This document shows positions 1 through 10,344 of a stretch of DNA of 64,000 nt, one piece after another (positions within the stretch are counted from its first letter, which is position 1; the number at the start of each line of letters is the position of its first letter). Under the pieces are notes generated by a model that was not told where the DNA came from, did not search any database, and saw only the letters and a program-made list of their open reading frames with translations. The DNA is from a bacterium (GTDB lineage Bacteria; Patescibacteriota; Minisyncoccia; UBA6257; JAGOQP01): contig JAJXYJ010000022.1 of the NCBI GenBank assembly GCA_021780615.1, positions 809 to 64,808 of the forward strand, read 5' to 3'. The position numbers and the translations under genes were made by a program.

Positions 1-616
1 ATTTGATCCAGGCGATGTCATCTGAAAATACAAAAAACACGGGGTTTTCCACTTGTGCATACATAGCATCAATCGCCTTGTGATAGTACGTCTCCGAGCA
101 TACGCCATAGTTTCTTTGTAATGTCGCATTACTCACATAATCTCCTCGCCGCACATGCACCGACACGGCATTTACTTGCTGCATCGCGTCTGCTATTTTT
201 TTTGCCCGATCACTTAAAGAATTCTTGAGGGTAAAGTCTTTACGGATACTATCAGCAACATCATCAAAATATTTCCAACTTTGCCAAAAGCCGTCCAGAT
301 ATGCATTGTCACCAACATGGAACATATGCTCATCAAACCCCTTATAAAACTGACGAAATATTTTCTTCCGCGTAAAACGATAGATTTTTGAAAGAAGGCC
401 GAGGGGATATTTGAGATTATTAATTTCTGTCTTAGATGCAAAATCTTCAATAATATTAAAATTCCCTAACGCATACAATCTTTGCGTATCATTCGGATGA
501 ATGCCGGTAACAACGTCAATTTTAAAGTTAACGTTGTTATGCAAAGAAGTCGCTCTTCCCATGGCATATTGAAACATCTGATTTCCCAAACCCCCATTTA
601 ATCGAATAATAATCAT
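1..616 (-). CDS. Alpha-1,2-fucosyltransferase-like glycosyltransferase (GT11 family). The start codon is at 616; the C-terminus lies beyond the window start.
   Basis: My own reverse-strand translation from the ATG at 616 gives MIIIRLNGGLGNQMFQYAMGRA... and later ...VSVHVRRGDY.... Both are hallmark GT11 (FutC/WbsJ-type) motifs at the expected spacing. The ORF is absent from the supplied track only because it has no in-window stop. Its start overlaps the upstream gene's stop as ATGA. Confidence 0.65.
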   Translation of the reverse strand, partial: MIIIRLNGGLGNQMFQYAMGRATSLHNNVNFKIDVVTGIHPNDTQRLYALGNFNIIEDFASKTEINNLKYPLGLLSKIYRFTRKKIFRQFYKGFDEHMFHVGDNAYLDGFWQSWKYFDDVADSIRKDFTLKNSLSDRAKKIADAMQQVNAVSVHVRRGDYVSNATLQRNYGVCSETYYHKAIDAMYAQVENPVFFVFSDDIAWIK

Positions 617-1299
617 AATGATATATACGTATGAAGCGATGAGTGTCTGAACATAGGATCTTGGCTTGGTGTATAAAACACATGGGCTTTTTTTCCTATG
701 GCGGCAGCAAGTGTCGCAGTCCCAGTTACCAAACAATATATTTCCTTGACCGACGAAAGGATGTCTACAAAATCCCATATAGATGCCGCCCCCAAGAATG
801 CACCAAATGAAAGAATGGGCACAGCTCTCTTCCCAAGTATTCTCATTTGGAAGTCGGGAATGATTACATGCTTCTTAAAGTACCCGCTTACTTTAAAAGC
901 ACTTACGAACCCTGCGCTGGTAATGTAATTGGGATCGTATACGCTCGCAGATTCAAAGCCGGAAATAATTTTAGGCTTATAATACAGCTCCGGGTCATGC
1001 ATTCTCTTCCCGTCATCCAAACCGAAAGAAAGCATTTTATTATCCAGTATATTGTAGTTGTCAGAAGGAACAAAAATACCCTCAGCGCTTTTTCCAGGCC
1101 TATCAACAAAACCATCGATATAGGGATTGAGCTCCCACACTAATTTTTTATACGCCTTGTTTCTAAAATTGGATTCATTGGAAATAAGAACTCGTCGATA
1201 CACCCCTGTTTCTTTGGCGATACGCGGAATATGGCTGTAAAACAGATGATCGCCAAGCCCAGCATTGGGAATAAAAAGAGTCAGCGTTTTATCATTCAT
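613..1299 (-). CDS. Putative glycosyltransferase, possibly a GT9/heptosyltransferase-like fold
   Basis: 228-aa ORF with N-terminal LFIPNAGLGDHLF. It sits in an operon context with other glycosyltransferases. The family assignment is weak. Confidence 0.35.
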   Translation of the reverse strand: MNDKTLTLFIPNAGLGDHLFYSHIPRIAKETGVYRRVLISNESNFRNKAYKKLVWELNPYIDGFVDRPGKSAEGIFVPSDNYNILDNKMLSFGLDDGKRMHDPELYYKPKIISGFESASVYDPNYITSAGFVSAFKVSGYFKKHVIIPDFQMRILGKRAVPILSFGAFLGAASIWDFVDILSSVKEIYCLVTGTATLAAAIGKKAHVFYTPSQDPMFRHSSLHTYISL

Positions 1300-1406
1300 G
1301 AGGGTGTCTATCGATTATTTTTATAACCTTGCGTCTTGTCAGCGCAACACACAGAAAAATCCACGCCTGCTCGGCAGCACGGTATAACGTCATTGTATAC
1401 AGCTTC

Positions 1407-2381
1407 CTAATTGCCCTTGTGGTGAGTGAATGTTGCATATAGTTTCGCCTCTATTTTTCGCAAGATATTCCGATGGTAATCCTTGCACGGAAAAACGGAC
1501 TCTAAAAAACCATCTTCCACACTATACCCGAAATGTTTTTCATACAACTCCAAAAATACTCTTGTTTGAGAAACAAGCTCAAGATTATCCAGAACAAACT
1601 GACGCGGAGAAAATGTCTTTTCTTTGACAATCATGCGATCAAGAGATTCGCCAAAAGATTCTATTCCCTTTACCACAATGCCGCACCTGGCATCAAAATA
1701 AGGAGCGGCAGTGCTTTCTTTGTCGAATCGCGTATCGGAAACAGCCTTATCAATCACCAATACGGGAACACCGCATGAAAGCGCCTCCTGGAGCGCAATT
1801 CCCTGGCTCTCATACCCCCCGACCCAGACCATGAATCGCGCTTTTTGAAGAGCATTTTTATATTCGGCTTCATTATACGATCCGTAGCGCATAATTTCAT
1901 ATGGCATGCCCTTGCGCGAAAGCAAGTCGGTAACATGATGCAGATCTTCCTGCTTCCTGTTCTTAAAATAAACCAGAATAACATCTTTGTGTCCGTCGGA
2001 TGTTTTGTATTCTTCCGTATCGATGCCGACCGGCCACACTTCCATCGGCGATGCGGTATATCCTCTCGCACGCCAAACATTCTTTACTATTTCCGATGGC
2101 TGCACATAAACCGTTCTCAAAAGATTTATGCTCCGAGGAATGTTTTCCGGATTCACGAACAAGTTAGGTCCCACGATAATACCCGCATCCTTCCGTATTT
2201 GTTTCAATGCGTACAACGCTGCAACATCATCATGTATCCACAGGCGTTTGCAGCAGTTCAGGTCCTTATTAATGACATACGGATACCCCATTCTCTCCAG
2301 ACCCTTCACTAGATTATGCACAACTTTGTGTGGGCCACGGATAGTAGTATTGCGGAACGATTCGGAAATAATATTTATCAT
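1407..2381 (-). CDS. Glycosyltransferase, GT4-like (GT-B fold)
   Basis: C-terminal region VWVGGYESQGIALQEALSCGVPVLV resembles the GT4 E-x7-E nucleotide-sugar-binding motif. Confidence 0.55.
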   Translation of the reverse strand: MINIISESFRNTTIRGPHKVVHNLVKGLERMGYPYVINKDLNCCKRLWIHDDVAALYALKQIRKDAGIIVGPNLFVNPENIPRSINLLRTVYVQPSEIVKNVWRARGYTASPMEVWPVGIDTEEYKTSDGHKDVILVYFKNRKQEDLHHVTDLLSRKGMPYEIMRYGSYNEAEYKNALQKARFMVWVGGYESQGIALQEALSCGVPVLVIDKAVSDTRFDKESTAAPYFDARCGIVVKGIESFGESLDRMIVKEKTFSPRQFVLDNLELVSQTRVFLELYEKHFGYSVEDGFLESVFPCKDYHRNILRKIEAKLYATFTHHKGN

Positions 2382-3064
2382 AACACTTTAATCCCCCTGA
2401 ATCCTTTGTACCTCCCTTCCACCCCTTCTATCTGCGGACCAAAAAAATCAAGTTCGTAACCGGACAAGACTGACCGCCACCACTCCTGTGTACGCACATG
2501 CCACATAAGATGGTGATGTTCAATGCCCCACGGTTCACTAAAGCCAAGAATGCTTCCTTTGGGAGCTGACCGCAACACGGCACATATTTTCAAAACCTCT
2601 TCATCGCGCAAATGAGCAAAAACACATCCGGTAAAAAAGGCCGCCGGCTTATCAATCTTCTTCATAAGGGCGGCAAGCTGTTCTTCGGCAAATCCCTGTA
2701 TCCAATGAATGTTCCCGAATGCAGCGCCTGTATATATCTTACGTGCAATAATAATCGCTGCATCGGACGGCTCAATGGCATACACATCTTTAAAATAGCG
2801 GCTTAACTCTGCCGATAGCCAGCCCGCACCCGATCCGATATCAATAGCAATATCTCTATGATTTGGGTACATTTCTAAAAGATCTCTGAATTTATTCTCA
2901 GGACCATTGAATAGATCCTCGCGCTTATATTTTTCTGCCGTCGCCTTTTCTACGGCAAGCTTGCCCTCCTCTTCATACTCGGCATTGTGGCGCTTGTAGC
3001 TGCTCTTTTTTCCCTGAAAAAAGCGCGAAACAGTGTCTCGAATGAATATCTTTATTAGTTTCAT
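2378..3064 (-). CDS. Class I SAM-dependent methyltransferase
   Basis: IDIGSGAGWLSAELSRYF...VYAIEPS is a glycine-rich SAM-binding motif I. There is a 4-nt overlap with the flanking genes. Confidence 0.55.
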   Translation of the reverse strand: MKLIKIFIRDTVSRFFQGKKSSYKRHNAEYEEEGKLAVEKATAEKYKREDLFNGPENKFRDLLEMYPNHRDIAIDIGSGAGWLSAELSRYFKDVYAIEPSDAAIIIARKIYTGAAFGNIHWIQGFAEEQLAALMKKIDKPAAFFTGCVFAHLRDEEVLKICAVLRSAPKGSILGFSEPWGIEHHHLMWHVRTQEWWRSVLSGYELDFFGPQIEGVEGRYKGFRGIKVL

Positions 3065-4353
3065 ATCTCAGGTATATCAGAAAAAGCGGAATCAATCCAT
3101 TGCTCAAACGTTCCAATGTTGTTCTGTATAAGGAATAAAGGAGCTCCCTTTTGATATGCCGAATCGCCCATTGCAGCCAACTTCCCCTCTTTTTTTAATG
3201 AAACAAACTCTTCCATAAAAGAGGCGTACGCATCCGCATCATCGATACCAGCCACTCTGCTGAAGGAATTATCTAAATATTCAAGGTGCGCATTCCATAG
3301 ACGGGACCGGTGCGTAATAACAGGTTTTTTTGAAAGCATCGCTTCAGCTATGTTAAGCCCAAACGACTCCCCATCGGCACGAAAATGCGCCAACACATCA
3401 ATAGCAGCATAAAACGCCCACACATCTTCTTCACGAAAGCTCGGATCAAGAAAATGCACGTGGGGTATGCGTTCGTCCTCCACGATTTTTCTGAGAATCG
3501 GCGGCGGAGACATGATAAGATAATGTGCCTGGGGATATGTTTGCACAATTTTCTGAAACGCCCTGATGCCTATGGGATCAAAAATTCCATCATCAGCCCT
3601 TCCAATTCTTCCAAAAACTATATCATTGTCAGAGAGCCCCAGAGAACTCCGTAAACCAATCCCTCTCTTGAAAGAATCGGACAAGGGCCCCTCCGTTGGT
3701 ATATACATTACTTCAAGGCCCTTTTCTCCAACGTATTGAGAAACTCTTTTTTTAACCTCTTGGGAAATGCATATGCTCTTGGCGACATTTTTCTGGACCA
3801 ATGGCGATGCAAAAATATTAATCAGAATGATTGGAATAGCATTAATAAGATTAAACGGAAATTCGTTGTATCCAGATCCAGCCGTCACCAAAAGATCTAT
3901 GTTTTTTTCGCGCAGCACCTCAAAAACGGACGGACACATGCCATGCACCACATACGGATACAAAGAGTCCATGGAAGCATAGTCAAACTCAATAAGTTCA
4001 ACATCTCCGCTTTTCACATACTCAGCTCTCCCGTCCAGGCGAATACCTCCGGAACTCCCTCTGGGCTTAGGGGAGTACATGAAATACACATTATACCTTT
4101 CCTTATTCAGGTGCCTTGCTAGAATTTGCAGATTTTTTTCAGTACCACCAAAACTGAGTCCGGAAATATGGTAAAAAAGGATATTCTTTTTTCCCCCATG
4201 GGGCGTCGACACATAAGATACATCCTTTTTCTCCAAACGAAGCTGCTTTAGCGCCTTCCGTTTTCCCAATTGTTCACGCATGCGTACAACCATCCTCTTT
4301 AAAAAAAGAGGAAGACGTAAGAATATTTCTTTTGCAACGATACACATACTCAT
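3061..4353 (-). CDS. Glycosyltransferase family 4
   Basis: HFRADGESFGLNIAEAMLSKKPVI is a GT4 EX7E motif. Length is 430 aa. Confidence 0.6.
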   Translation of the reverse strand: MSMCIVAKEIFLRLPLFLKRMVVRMREQLGKRKALKQLRLEKKDVSYVSTPHGGKKNILFYHISGLSFGGTEKNLQILARHLNKERYNVYFMYSPKPRGSSGGIRLDGRAEYVKSGDVELIEFDYASMDSLYPYVVHGMCPSVFEVLREKNIDLLVTAGSGYNEFPFNLINAIPIILINIFASPLVQKNVAKSICISQEVKKRVSQYVGEKGLEVMYIPTEGPLSDSFKRGIGLRSSLGLSDNDIVFGRIGRADDGIFDPIGIRAFQKIVQTYPQAHYLIMSPPPILRKIVEDERIPHVHFLDPSFREEDVWAFYAAIDVLAHFRADGESFGLNIAEAMLSKKPVITHRSRLWNAHLEYLDNSFSRVAGIDDADAYASFMEEFVSLKKEGKLAAMGDSAYQKGAPLFLIQNNIGTFEQWIDSAFSDIPEI

Positions 4354-5285
4354 TTCAATATCTTGTTTTTTATATCGTTTGCCCGCACCACAATTGGATG
4401 AAATGTCTTTGCCTTTGGCTCGCGCCCAACTCGCCGCACGAATTCGTCATGGAGCTGGCGCACGTGCCATATCTGTAGCGGCTCAAAGAATCCGATGCCG
4501 TACTGATCGAACCAATCCAAAATCTGCTGTAAGTGCCAGGTGGGAGGAAGCGCATCCAAATGTTTAGGCAATTCTATTCCTTCAAGCCATCTTTGAGGAA
4601 CGGGCGTAAGATGCGTGTCCGGTACATCTAATGTTATGGAATAGGTATTATTAATACGTTGTGGACTTCTGTCGCCTTTTATTAATTCAACGCATCGATA
4701 CCACGCCTGTTTTATCTGCGCCCGTTCCCACGGTACAAATTGAAGATGGAGCAATGGGAACATTTCTTCCCGCACCATTCCGGTCCCCGGCCCGGGAACA
4801 CGGGTAGTATGGTCGTTTATGACAAATTCCCTTTTATAATCCATCTTCCTGTCATCCCAAAACGCTATTGGCTTATACGATTTTTGCCATGCTCCATCGC
4901 ACCGGTATCGGAACAATGATTTCCATAATTGCACCCAGTTGAATTCAAACAGAAATCCAGGCGATAATTTCCCGAGAAGATGGGGCAGTTCGTTCTGAAA
5001 AAATATCGGCAAAATGAATTCGTCCGCATCGAGGCAGAACACCATATTCTCACCATCAAAATCACGCGCCGCATCAAGCAATTGCCACCGCACCTTATTC
5101 GAATGCCCGGACTCCTTGTTGTCTATTAATACGACTTTGTGAAATTTTTTTATTATCTCCCTGGACCCATCGTTCGACATCTGATCCGCAATAATAATGT
5201 GGTCTGAAAAAATAGATGCGTTCTTCAAGAACGATTCCAATATCCAATCCTCATTTTTTGTCGGAAGAAGGGTAATTATTTTCAT
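4350..5285 (-). CDS. Putative GT-A fold (GT2-like) glycosyltransferase
   Basis: LLPTKNE...IIIADQMSNDGS...CLDADEF resembles the GT2 nucleotide-binding and DxD motifs. Confidence 0.4.
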   Translation of the reverse strand: MKIITLLPTKNEDWILESFLKNASIFSDHIIIADQMSNDGSREIIKKFHKVVLIDNKESGHSNKVRWQLLDAARDFDGENMVFCLDADEFILPIFFQNELPHLLGKLSPGFLFEFNWVQLWKSLFRYRCDGAWQKSYKPIAFWDDRKMDYKREFVINDHTTRVPGPGTGMVREEMFPLLHLQFVPWERAQIKQAWYRCVELIKGDRSPQRINNTYSITLDVPDTHLTPVPQRWLEGIELPKHLDALPPTWHLQQILDWFDQYGIGFFEPLQIWHVRQLHDEFVRRVGREPKAKTFHPIVVRANDIKNKILK

Positions 5286-6069
5286 GTTTTTTTAACTTCT
5301 TAAAAAGGGCATTCAGAAAAGCGTTTGTATTTTTAAAATATTTTAACCACCGCACTATCACATTTCCTCTTTGGGTCTTCCTATAAATCCTCCACATCTC
5401 CTTTTGCGTAATGGGTCTTTCTAAAAAATACTCAAAAATCTCTTTTCCTGAATTAAGCCAATTTTCAAAATAATCAAAAGAGTCTCTCCATTCAATCCTC
5501 AAAACAAGGTCATCTTTTTTACTTGCTTTCCGCATTTTATTAAGCACCCTATAATAAACATAAAAATATTTAAACGTAAATCTTATCTTCCCATCAACTA
5601 AATCGATAATCCATCTATGATGAGCCGCCCCAGTTAATTTTTTTGTCTCTATGCCAAAAGTTTGTTCATATATCCTTGATGGTATTTCTATATACCCGGA
5701 CTTACTCACTCGTATAATTTCTGAGCATACCCACAATGGATCCCTAATATCTTCAAGAACATGGGAACAGATGCTGTAATCAAATTGCTTATCATAAAAT
5801 GGCCAAAGTTCGCGAGAACATATATCATGCTGCACATAGGTGTCTTTTGAAAATCTCTCCTTACTATTTCCTTTCGCCTGATTCCAATGGACATTGTCAT
5901 AGGGAACAATATCTATAACAACATCAGCTCTTTTCGTAGGAGCATACGCAGCACCAACATCAAGAACCTTAAAGGAATCAGGAATTGTTTTTAAAATATC
6001 CAACAAAGGGGTTTCTGTTTTTTTAAGCATACAATCTGTAAAAGGTGTTAAAAATAAAAATATTCCCAC
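5251..6069 (-). CDS. Putative SAM-dependent methyltransferase (type 11-like)
   Basis: VLDVGAA...SICSHVLEDIRDPLWVCSEIIRVSKSGYIEIP is the type-11 methyltransferase pattern. The true start may be the internal MLKK. Confidence 0.4.
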   Translation of the reverse strand: MGIFLFLTPFTDCMLKKTETPLLDILKTIPDSFKVLDVGAAYAPTKRADVVIDIVPYDNVHWNQAKGNSKERFSKDTYVQHDICSRELWPFYDKQFDYSICSHVLEDIRDPLWVCSEIIRVSKSGYIEIPSRIYEQTFGIETKKLTGAAHHRWIIDLVDGKIRFTFKYFYVYYRVLNKMRKASKKDDLVLRIEWRDSFDYFENWLNSGKEIFEYFLERPITQKEMWRIYRKTQRGNVIVRWLKYFKNTNAFLNALFKKLKKHENNYPSSDKK

Positions 6070-6107
6070 ATCTCAAGACTAAACCAGTAATCAATTTCAT
6101 ATCTACG

Positions 6108-6851
6108 CTATTTTTTTGAAAGTTTATCAAAAACACTAAATTTCTTATAGATTCTATCATTTTCCTCAATGTGAAGGAAATTTCTTCCTCCACTCAAACT
6201 ACGTCCATTATTTTTAAATTCTCCTCCAATTTCATTTGATTTTATAAAGTTACTAACCTGAGCAGCTCTCACGCACCACTCAAAATCACCGGCTATTTTA
6301 AAGCTTTCATCAAATGGCCCAACCTTCTCATAGAAATCCTTTGAGAACATAAAAAATGGTCCGCAGTGCATGGATTCAGTAAATTCTTTTCTATCAAATT
6401 TAGGAGGAATAATAAGCTTCTTTTTAGCCAAAACATTAATGCCCGCAATCCTTATATACCTCTTGTACCAAAATGGAAAATAAACCAAAGATGATTCTTT
6501 TTGCAGCAATTTAATGCCATCAACAACAGCATTAGCATACCGAATATCATCAACATTCCAAAAGGCAATATAATCACCATGAGCCAAAGAAATGCCCCTA
6601 TTCCAACTGGCATAAAGCCCTTCTAATTCAACCTTAAGCACCCTAAACCAGTTTGACTCCGCGCTCCTTAAAAGATCTTCCTCTTTCCTCGATGTATTGT
6701 TGCTAATAATAATAATCTCAAAATCAATCTCCTTTCCAGATATATTTTTTGCAAAGCGATCAATGGCAGATAGGTATGTTTTTAAATATTTCTCTGATTT
6801 ATAAAGAGATGTTATAAATGAAATCATGTCATTTTTTTGGCTTGGCCACAA
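6108..6851 (-). CDS. Glycosyltransferase family 2
   Basis: ISFITSLYKSEKYL...GDYIAFWNVDDIR is a GT2 fold with a DxD motif. Confidence 0.5.
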   Translation of the reverse strand: MWPSQKNDMISFITSLYKSEKYLKTYLSAIDRFAKNISGKEIDFEIIIISNNTSRKEEDLLRSAESNWFRVLKVELEGLYASWNRGISLAHGDYIAFWNVDDIRYANAVVDGIKLLQKESSLVYFPFWYKRYIRIAGINVLAKKKLIIPPKFDRKEFTESMHCGPFFMFSKDFYEKVGPFDESFKIAGDFEWCVRAAQVSNFIKSNEIGGEFKNNGRSLSGGRNFLHIEENDRIYKKFSVFDKLSKK

Positions 6852-7683
6852 AACTATCGTCAGATGCGACTAATGAATCAAGATTATTTAAAGTACATTT
6901 TCCCCCGCTAAGAGAAAAAAGATCATAACCATTTTGTTCAAACCAGACGTATATATCTCTATGGTTATAGGGATAATTTTTAAGATTCAATAAAGAAATT
7001 TCCAGAAAAATTACCGGCTGGCAATGCTGTATAAAATAATGACCTCCATCAAGTATAAATAGTTCGGCACCCTCGGTATCAATCTTTATTACATTAATCA
7101 TGGGCTTACCAATACCAGCCCACCACTCGTCTAACGTCACAACATCAATTTCTATGTTCTTAAACTTCTCTCCACGTCCAGTATTTATTAATCCATCACC
7201 ACAAGAAGCCCAATCCTCATGTGAAACAAAATTTGTCCGACCAGAAATATTACTCACCCCCTGACGAAAAAGTTTTATACGCTCACCAAGCTGATTAGCA
7301 AAAATCGTGATAGAAAATAATTCACTCTGATTGTCTCCTGGCTCAAAAGCATATATATGAGCATCTAAAACCTTGCTTGCAACATACAAACTAATCAAGC
7401 CTATATTGGCGCCTATATCTAAAAATAGTTTTTGTTCTGTTTTCTCAAGTTCGTTTACGACTTTTTCACATAACTCTCTTTCATATATCCGATCAGGGCT
7501 TCCAAAACGAATTCTCTCAATAAGACCATTTCCCCTTCCATAATAAAGGTCAAACCCGCAATATTTCATGTTATTAAGGTATGGCTTAAATGTGTCAAAA
7601 AAACCATATAACAAGGACCTCATCTTGCGCAGATAAGCCAAAGAGAATTTGGGAAAAATTTTTTTAAATGTAACCATGGTCAT
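6829..7683 (-). CDS. FkbM-family methyltransferase
   Basis: FLDIGANIGLISLY...AFEPGDN...KIDTEGAELFIL are canonical FkbM-domain motifs. Confidence 0.65.
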   Translation of the reverse strand: MTMVTFKKIFPKFSLAYLRKMRSLLYGFFDTFKPYLNNMKYCGFDLYYGRGNGLIERIRFGSPDRIYERELCEKVVNELEKTEQKLFLDIGANIGLISLYVASKVLDAHIYAFEPGDNQSELFSITIFANQLGERIKLFRQGVSNISGRTNFVSHEDWASCGDGLINTGRGEKFKNIEIDVVTLDEWWAGIGKPMINVIKIDTEGAELFILDGGHYFIQHCQPVIFLEISLLNLKNYPYNHRDIYVWFEQNGYDLFSLSGGKCTLNNLDSLVASDDSFVAKPKK

Positions 7684-7686
7684 ATT

Positions 7687-8589
7687 CTATAATTTAGATT
7701 TAATGTTTCTTAAAATAGTTTTCATAAAAATCATTAAAGTAATAATTACTTTATTAAATTTTTGCACATACGAACGACCGCCTGACGCATACCATAATTT
7801 TATAAATTCCAATTCTTTATAATTTAAACGTATATTCCAAATTAATTGATGAGGGTGATCAACTTTACCAATGGGACTAGCAAATTTATGAACATCATGA
7901 ATCTTGAAATCACCCAGATATTGCCTCATAAGCAATGACAAAAGAGTGGTATCGTGTCTAAATAATTTACAACCTCTCACAAATTGATTTTTATTTACAC
8001 CCTTATTTTTCCAAAGATCCCCAGAGGAAAACCCAAGAGTTAACCCTGCCACACTTGCATCATAAAGATGGTGCGTGACCGGAGTAATAACTGAATCATT
8101 TTTGAATCCAAAAATCCCCGCAGCAATACACGTTTCCTGAAAATATTTTTCTTCTATGGGAAATAATTTTTTGAATTCATGCGGAGTAATGAGTTCCAGC
8201 GGCACATCTTGGCTAACCGAAAAATAACCATCAGACTCAATAAGATTAAATATCTCATCCAGTGGACGAAGTACTTGGCACCCGGCGTCAAGATAAAAAT
8301 TAAGGCGCGCTTTGGGATGGATAAAAATATAAGATTTCCACGTATAACAGCTTCTCCAATGATTACAAAAGGCAGGTATAGGAAGAACGGTCACTCCATT
8401 CATGCCATTCAATTCCGCAACAAAATTTGGGAGCAGACCAAGGTTGTATACAAAAATAGGAGGATGGTCCTTGTAATTCGCCTCTATGGATCCTATAAGG
8501 TTAATAAGCGAAGGGAAAAATTTGTTCGAACATGATGTTATGATGGCGCGTTCCATGGATATAGAAATATTATTTAAAATTAAACACAA
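7687..8589 (-). CDS. Hypothetical protein, possibly a nucleotide-diphospho-sugar transferase
   Basis: 300-aa ORF within the polysaccharide operon. YLDAGCQVL is DxD-like. No firm family assignment. Confidence 0.3.
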   Translation of the reverse strand: MCLILNNISISMERAIITSCSNKFFPSLINLIGSIEANYKDHPPIFVYNLGLLPNFVAELNGMNGVTVLPIPAFCNHWRSCYTWKSYIFIHPKARLNFYLDAGCQVLRPLDEIFNLIESDGYFSVSQDVPLELITPHEFKKLFPIEEKYFQETCIAAGIFGFKNDSVITPVTHHLYDASVAGLTLGFSSGDLWKNKGVNKNQFVRGCKLFRHDTTLLSLLMRQYLGDFKIHDVHKFASPIGKVDHPHQLIWNIRLNYKELEFIKLWYASGGRSYVQKFNKVIITLMIFMKTILRNIKSKL

Positions 8590-9922
8590 ACCCCTGAAGA
8601 ATGAATTTTAGTTGCTTTCTGGTTTTTTTGAAAAATGCCATAGATAAAGGGACCAGAGAATAAGATATGAGTGTGGCAATTGCCCCGCCTATAATGCCGT
8701 ATCGTGGTATGAATAATATGTTCAACAACACATTAGTAACCATGCCAACCATAGAAGAAATAAAAATTATTTTCGTATAATTCTCTGCGATAAGATACTG
8801 ATTGACTGCCACTCCCAACGATACCGCAACACCCGCCCACACGTAGATTTGCAACACAGGCACAGCTTCTCCATAAGCGCTTCCGTACAAAAAGACAACG
8901 ACAACGTGCGATAGGATAAATATGGGGACAATGATACCAAGAGAAAACCATATCAAAAGAGAATAAAGTCTCTTGAGACGAATGGCATAAAAATCTTCCC
9001 CAACTTTTTTTGCATTAATAATAGCGGGAAAAAGAGAGCTGACTATGGCTGCGGGGAAAAAATACCACGCCTCAGAAAGACGCGCCGCAACATCATACAG
9101 TCCTACCGCAGCAGAATTCATGAGTTGACCGATGATAATCTGATCAATTCGTGAATAGATTGCCGTAAAGGCAGCCGCCAAGATAATGGGCCATGAATCC
9201 ATAAGCATTCTTTTTGCAATAGAAGAGTTGAAATACCAATGAAACACGCTGTGTGCTTCCTTGTGGTAGAGATACACATAACCAATTGCATAAAGAATCG
9301 TTTCAGACATAAAAATAAAAGAGAAGTAGAAAACATTAACGCCAAGAATAACAAAAATTATTTTAAGAACAGAAAGGGTTACCGCAACAATAATGGACAT
9401 AATCGTTGGATTCCGGGAAATAACCTTTGATTGGAAATAATAGCTAATAATGGAAAACGGTTGGAAAAAGAAAGATGCGGCAATAATGGCAATCATTATC
9501 GTTGTCAGAGATATGCCATTAAGAACAGCCGACACAACGCACACCAAAAGAAATGCAAAAAAAGCTCCTATAAACTTGAGCATGAGAGCGGTACCAAAAT
9601 ATTTTCTCTGCTCATCGGGGTGAGCCACAAGTTCCCGAAATAGGATATTATCAATCCCAAGACTGGCTATGAATGAAAACAATCCAGAGAAGCTTATGGC
9701 GTAACTCAAGATGCCATAATTACTCGGGCCAAGATAGCGGGCAAGATATGCCGTCACAAAGAATGCGACTATCATCGTGATAATCTTTCCCACAAATATC
9801 CATCCGGTATTTTTAAAATACCGCCGAAACCCTTCGTGCACTCGCAAACGCGCAAACGCATCGGTAAAAAAACTTACCGTATTATCATATTGCAAAACAA
9901 TTTTTTCCTTTACACCATTCAT
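8570..9922 (-). CDS. Polysaccharide/O-antigen flippase (Wzx-like, MOP superfamily)
   Basis: 450-aa polytopic membrane protein with about 12 hydrophobic segments and an N-terminal Wzx-like region, in a glycosyltransferase operon. Confidence 0.65.
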   Translation of the reverse strand: MNGVKEKIVLQYDNTVSFFTDAFARLRVHEGFRRYFKNTGWIFVGKIITMIVAFFVTAYLARYLGPSNYGILSYAISFSGLFSFIASLGIDNILFRELVAHPDEQRKYFGTALMLKFIGAFFAFLLVCVVSAVLNGISLTTIMIAIIAASFFFQPFSIISYYFQSKVISRNPTIMSIIVAVTLSVLKIIFVILGVNVFYFSFIFMSETILYAIGYVYLYHKEAHSVFHWYFNSSIAKRMLMDSWPIILAAAFTAIYSRIDQIIIGQLMNSAAVGLYDVAARLSEAWYFFPAAIVSSLFPAIINAKKVGEDFYAIRLKRLYSLLIWFSLGIIVPIFILSHVVVVFLYGSAYGEAVPVLQIYVWAGVAVSLGVAVNQYLIAENYTKIIFISSMVGMVTNVLLNILFIPRYGIIGGAIATLISYSLVPLSMAFFKKTRKQLKFILQGFVFNFK

Positions 9923-9928
9923 AACTAA

Positions 9929-10177
9929 TTACCAATTTTTTGTTTTTTCTTTTGCTTCCGATTTTACCTTTTGGTATGCATCAGTCGCCTTTTGATCAAC
10001 TTCCGGAGAAAGCAGGCGCAAAAGCTCATGCCCCAAAATACGATATTGTCCGCCTATCTTATTGGCACGAATAAGCCCCCGTTTTAACAGGCGCTTTATC
10101 GTGCTTTCACTTATTTTAAGTATTTTGCGGGTCTCTTCGGTGGTGTATACCGCCGTTGGTTTTATCTCCTCCTGCAT
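9929..10177 (-). CDS. Helix-turn-helix DNA-binding protein, excisionase/MerR-like family
   Basis: YTTEETRKILKISESTIKRLLKRGLIRANKIGGQYRI is a classic excisionase-family HTH. Length is 82 aa. Confidence 0.55.
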   Translation of the reverse strand: MQEEIKPTAVYTTEETRKILKISESTIKRLLKRGLIRANKIGGQYRILGHELLRLLSPEVDQKATDAYQKVKSEAKEKTKNW

Positions 10178-10344
10178 AGGTCAGATTATAGCAGAAAGGG
10201 TCAGAAAGGGTCAAGAGGGCTATTCTATTATGAGAATAGAATTTTCAATTTCCAGTTTCCAATGATCAATAAATTTTAAAATTGATCAATTATATAATTG
10301 TATAATTTATTGGAAATTGGTCATTGACCATTGAAAATTTTAAC

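Noticed and set aside
698-1143. Plus-strand ORFs (76 and 98 aa) inside the 613-1299 glycosyltransferase gene. Similar antisense ORFs lie inside other long genes, for example 14278-14778 and 28116-28547.
   Set aside because: They are fully embedded antisense to well-supported genes with recognisable motifs. There is no independent evidence.
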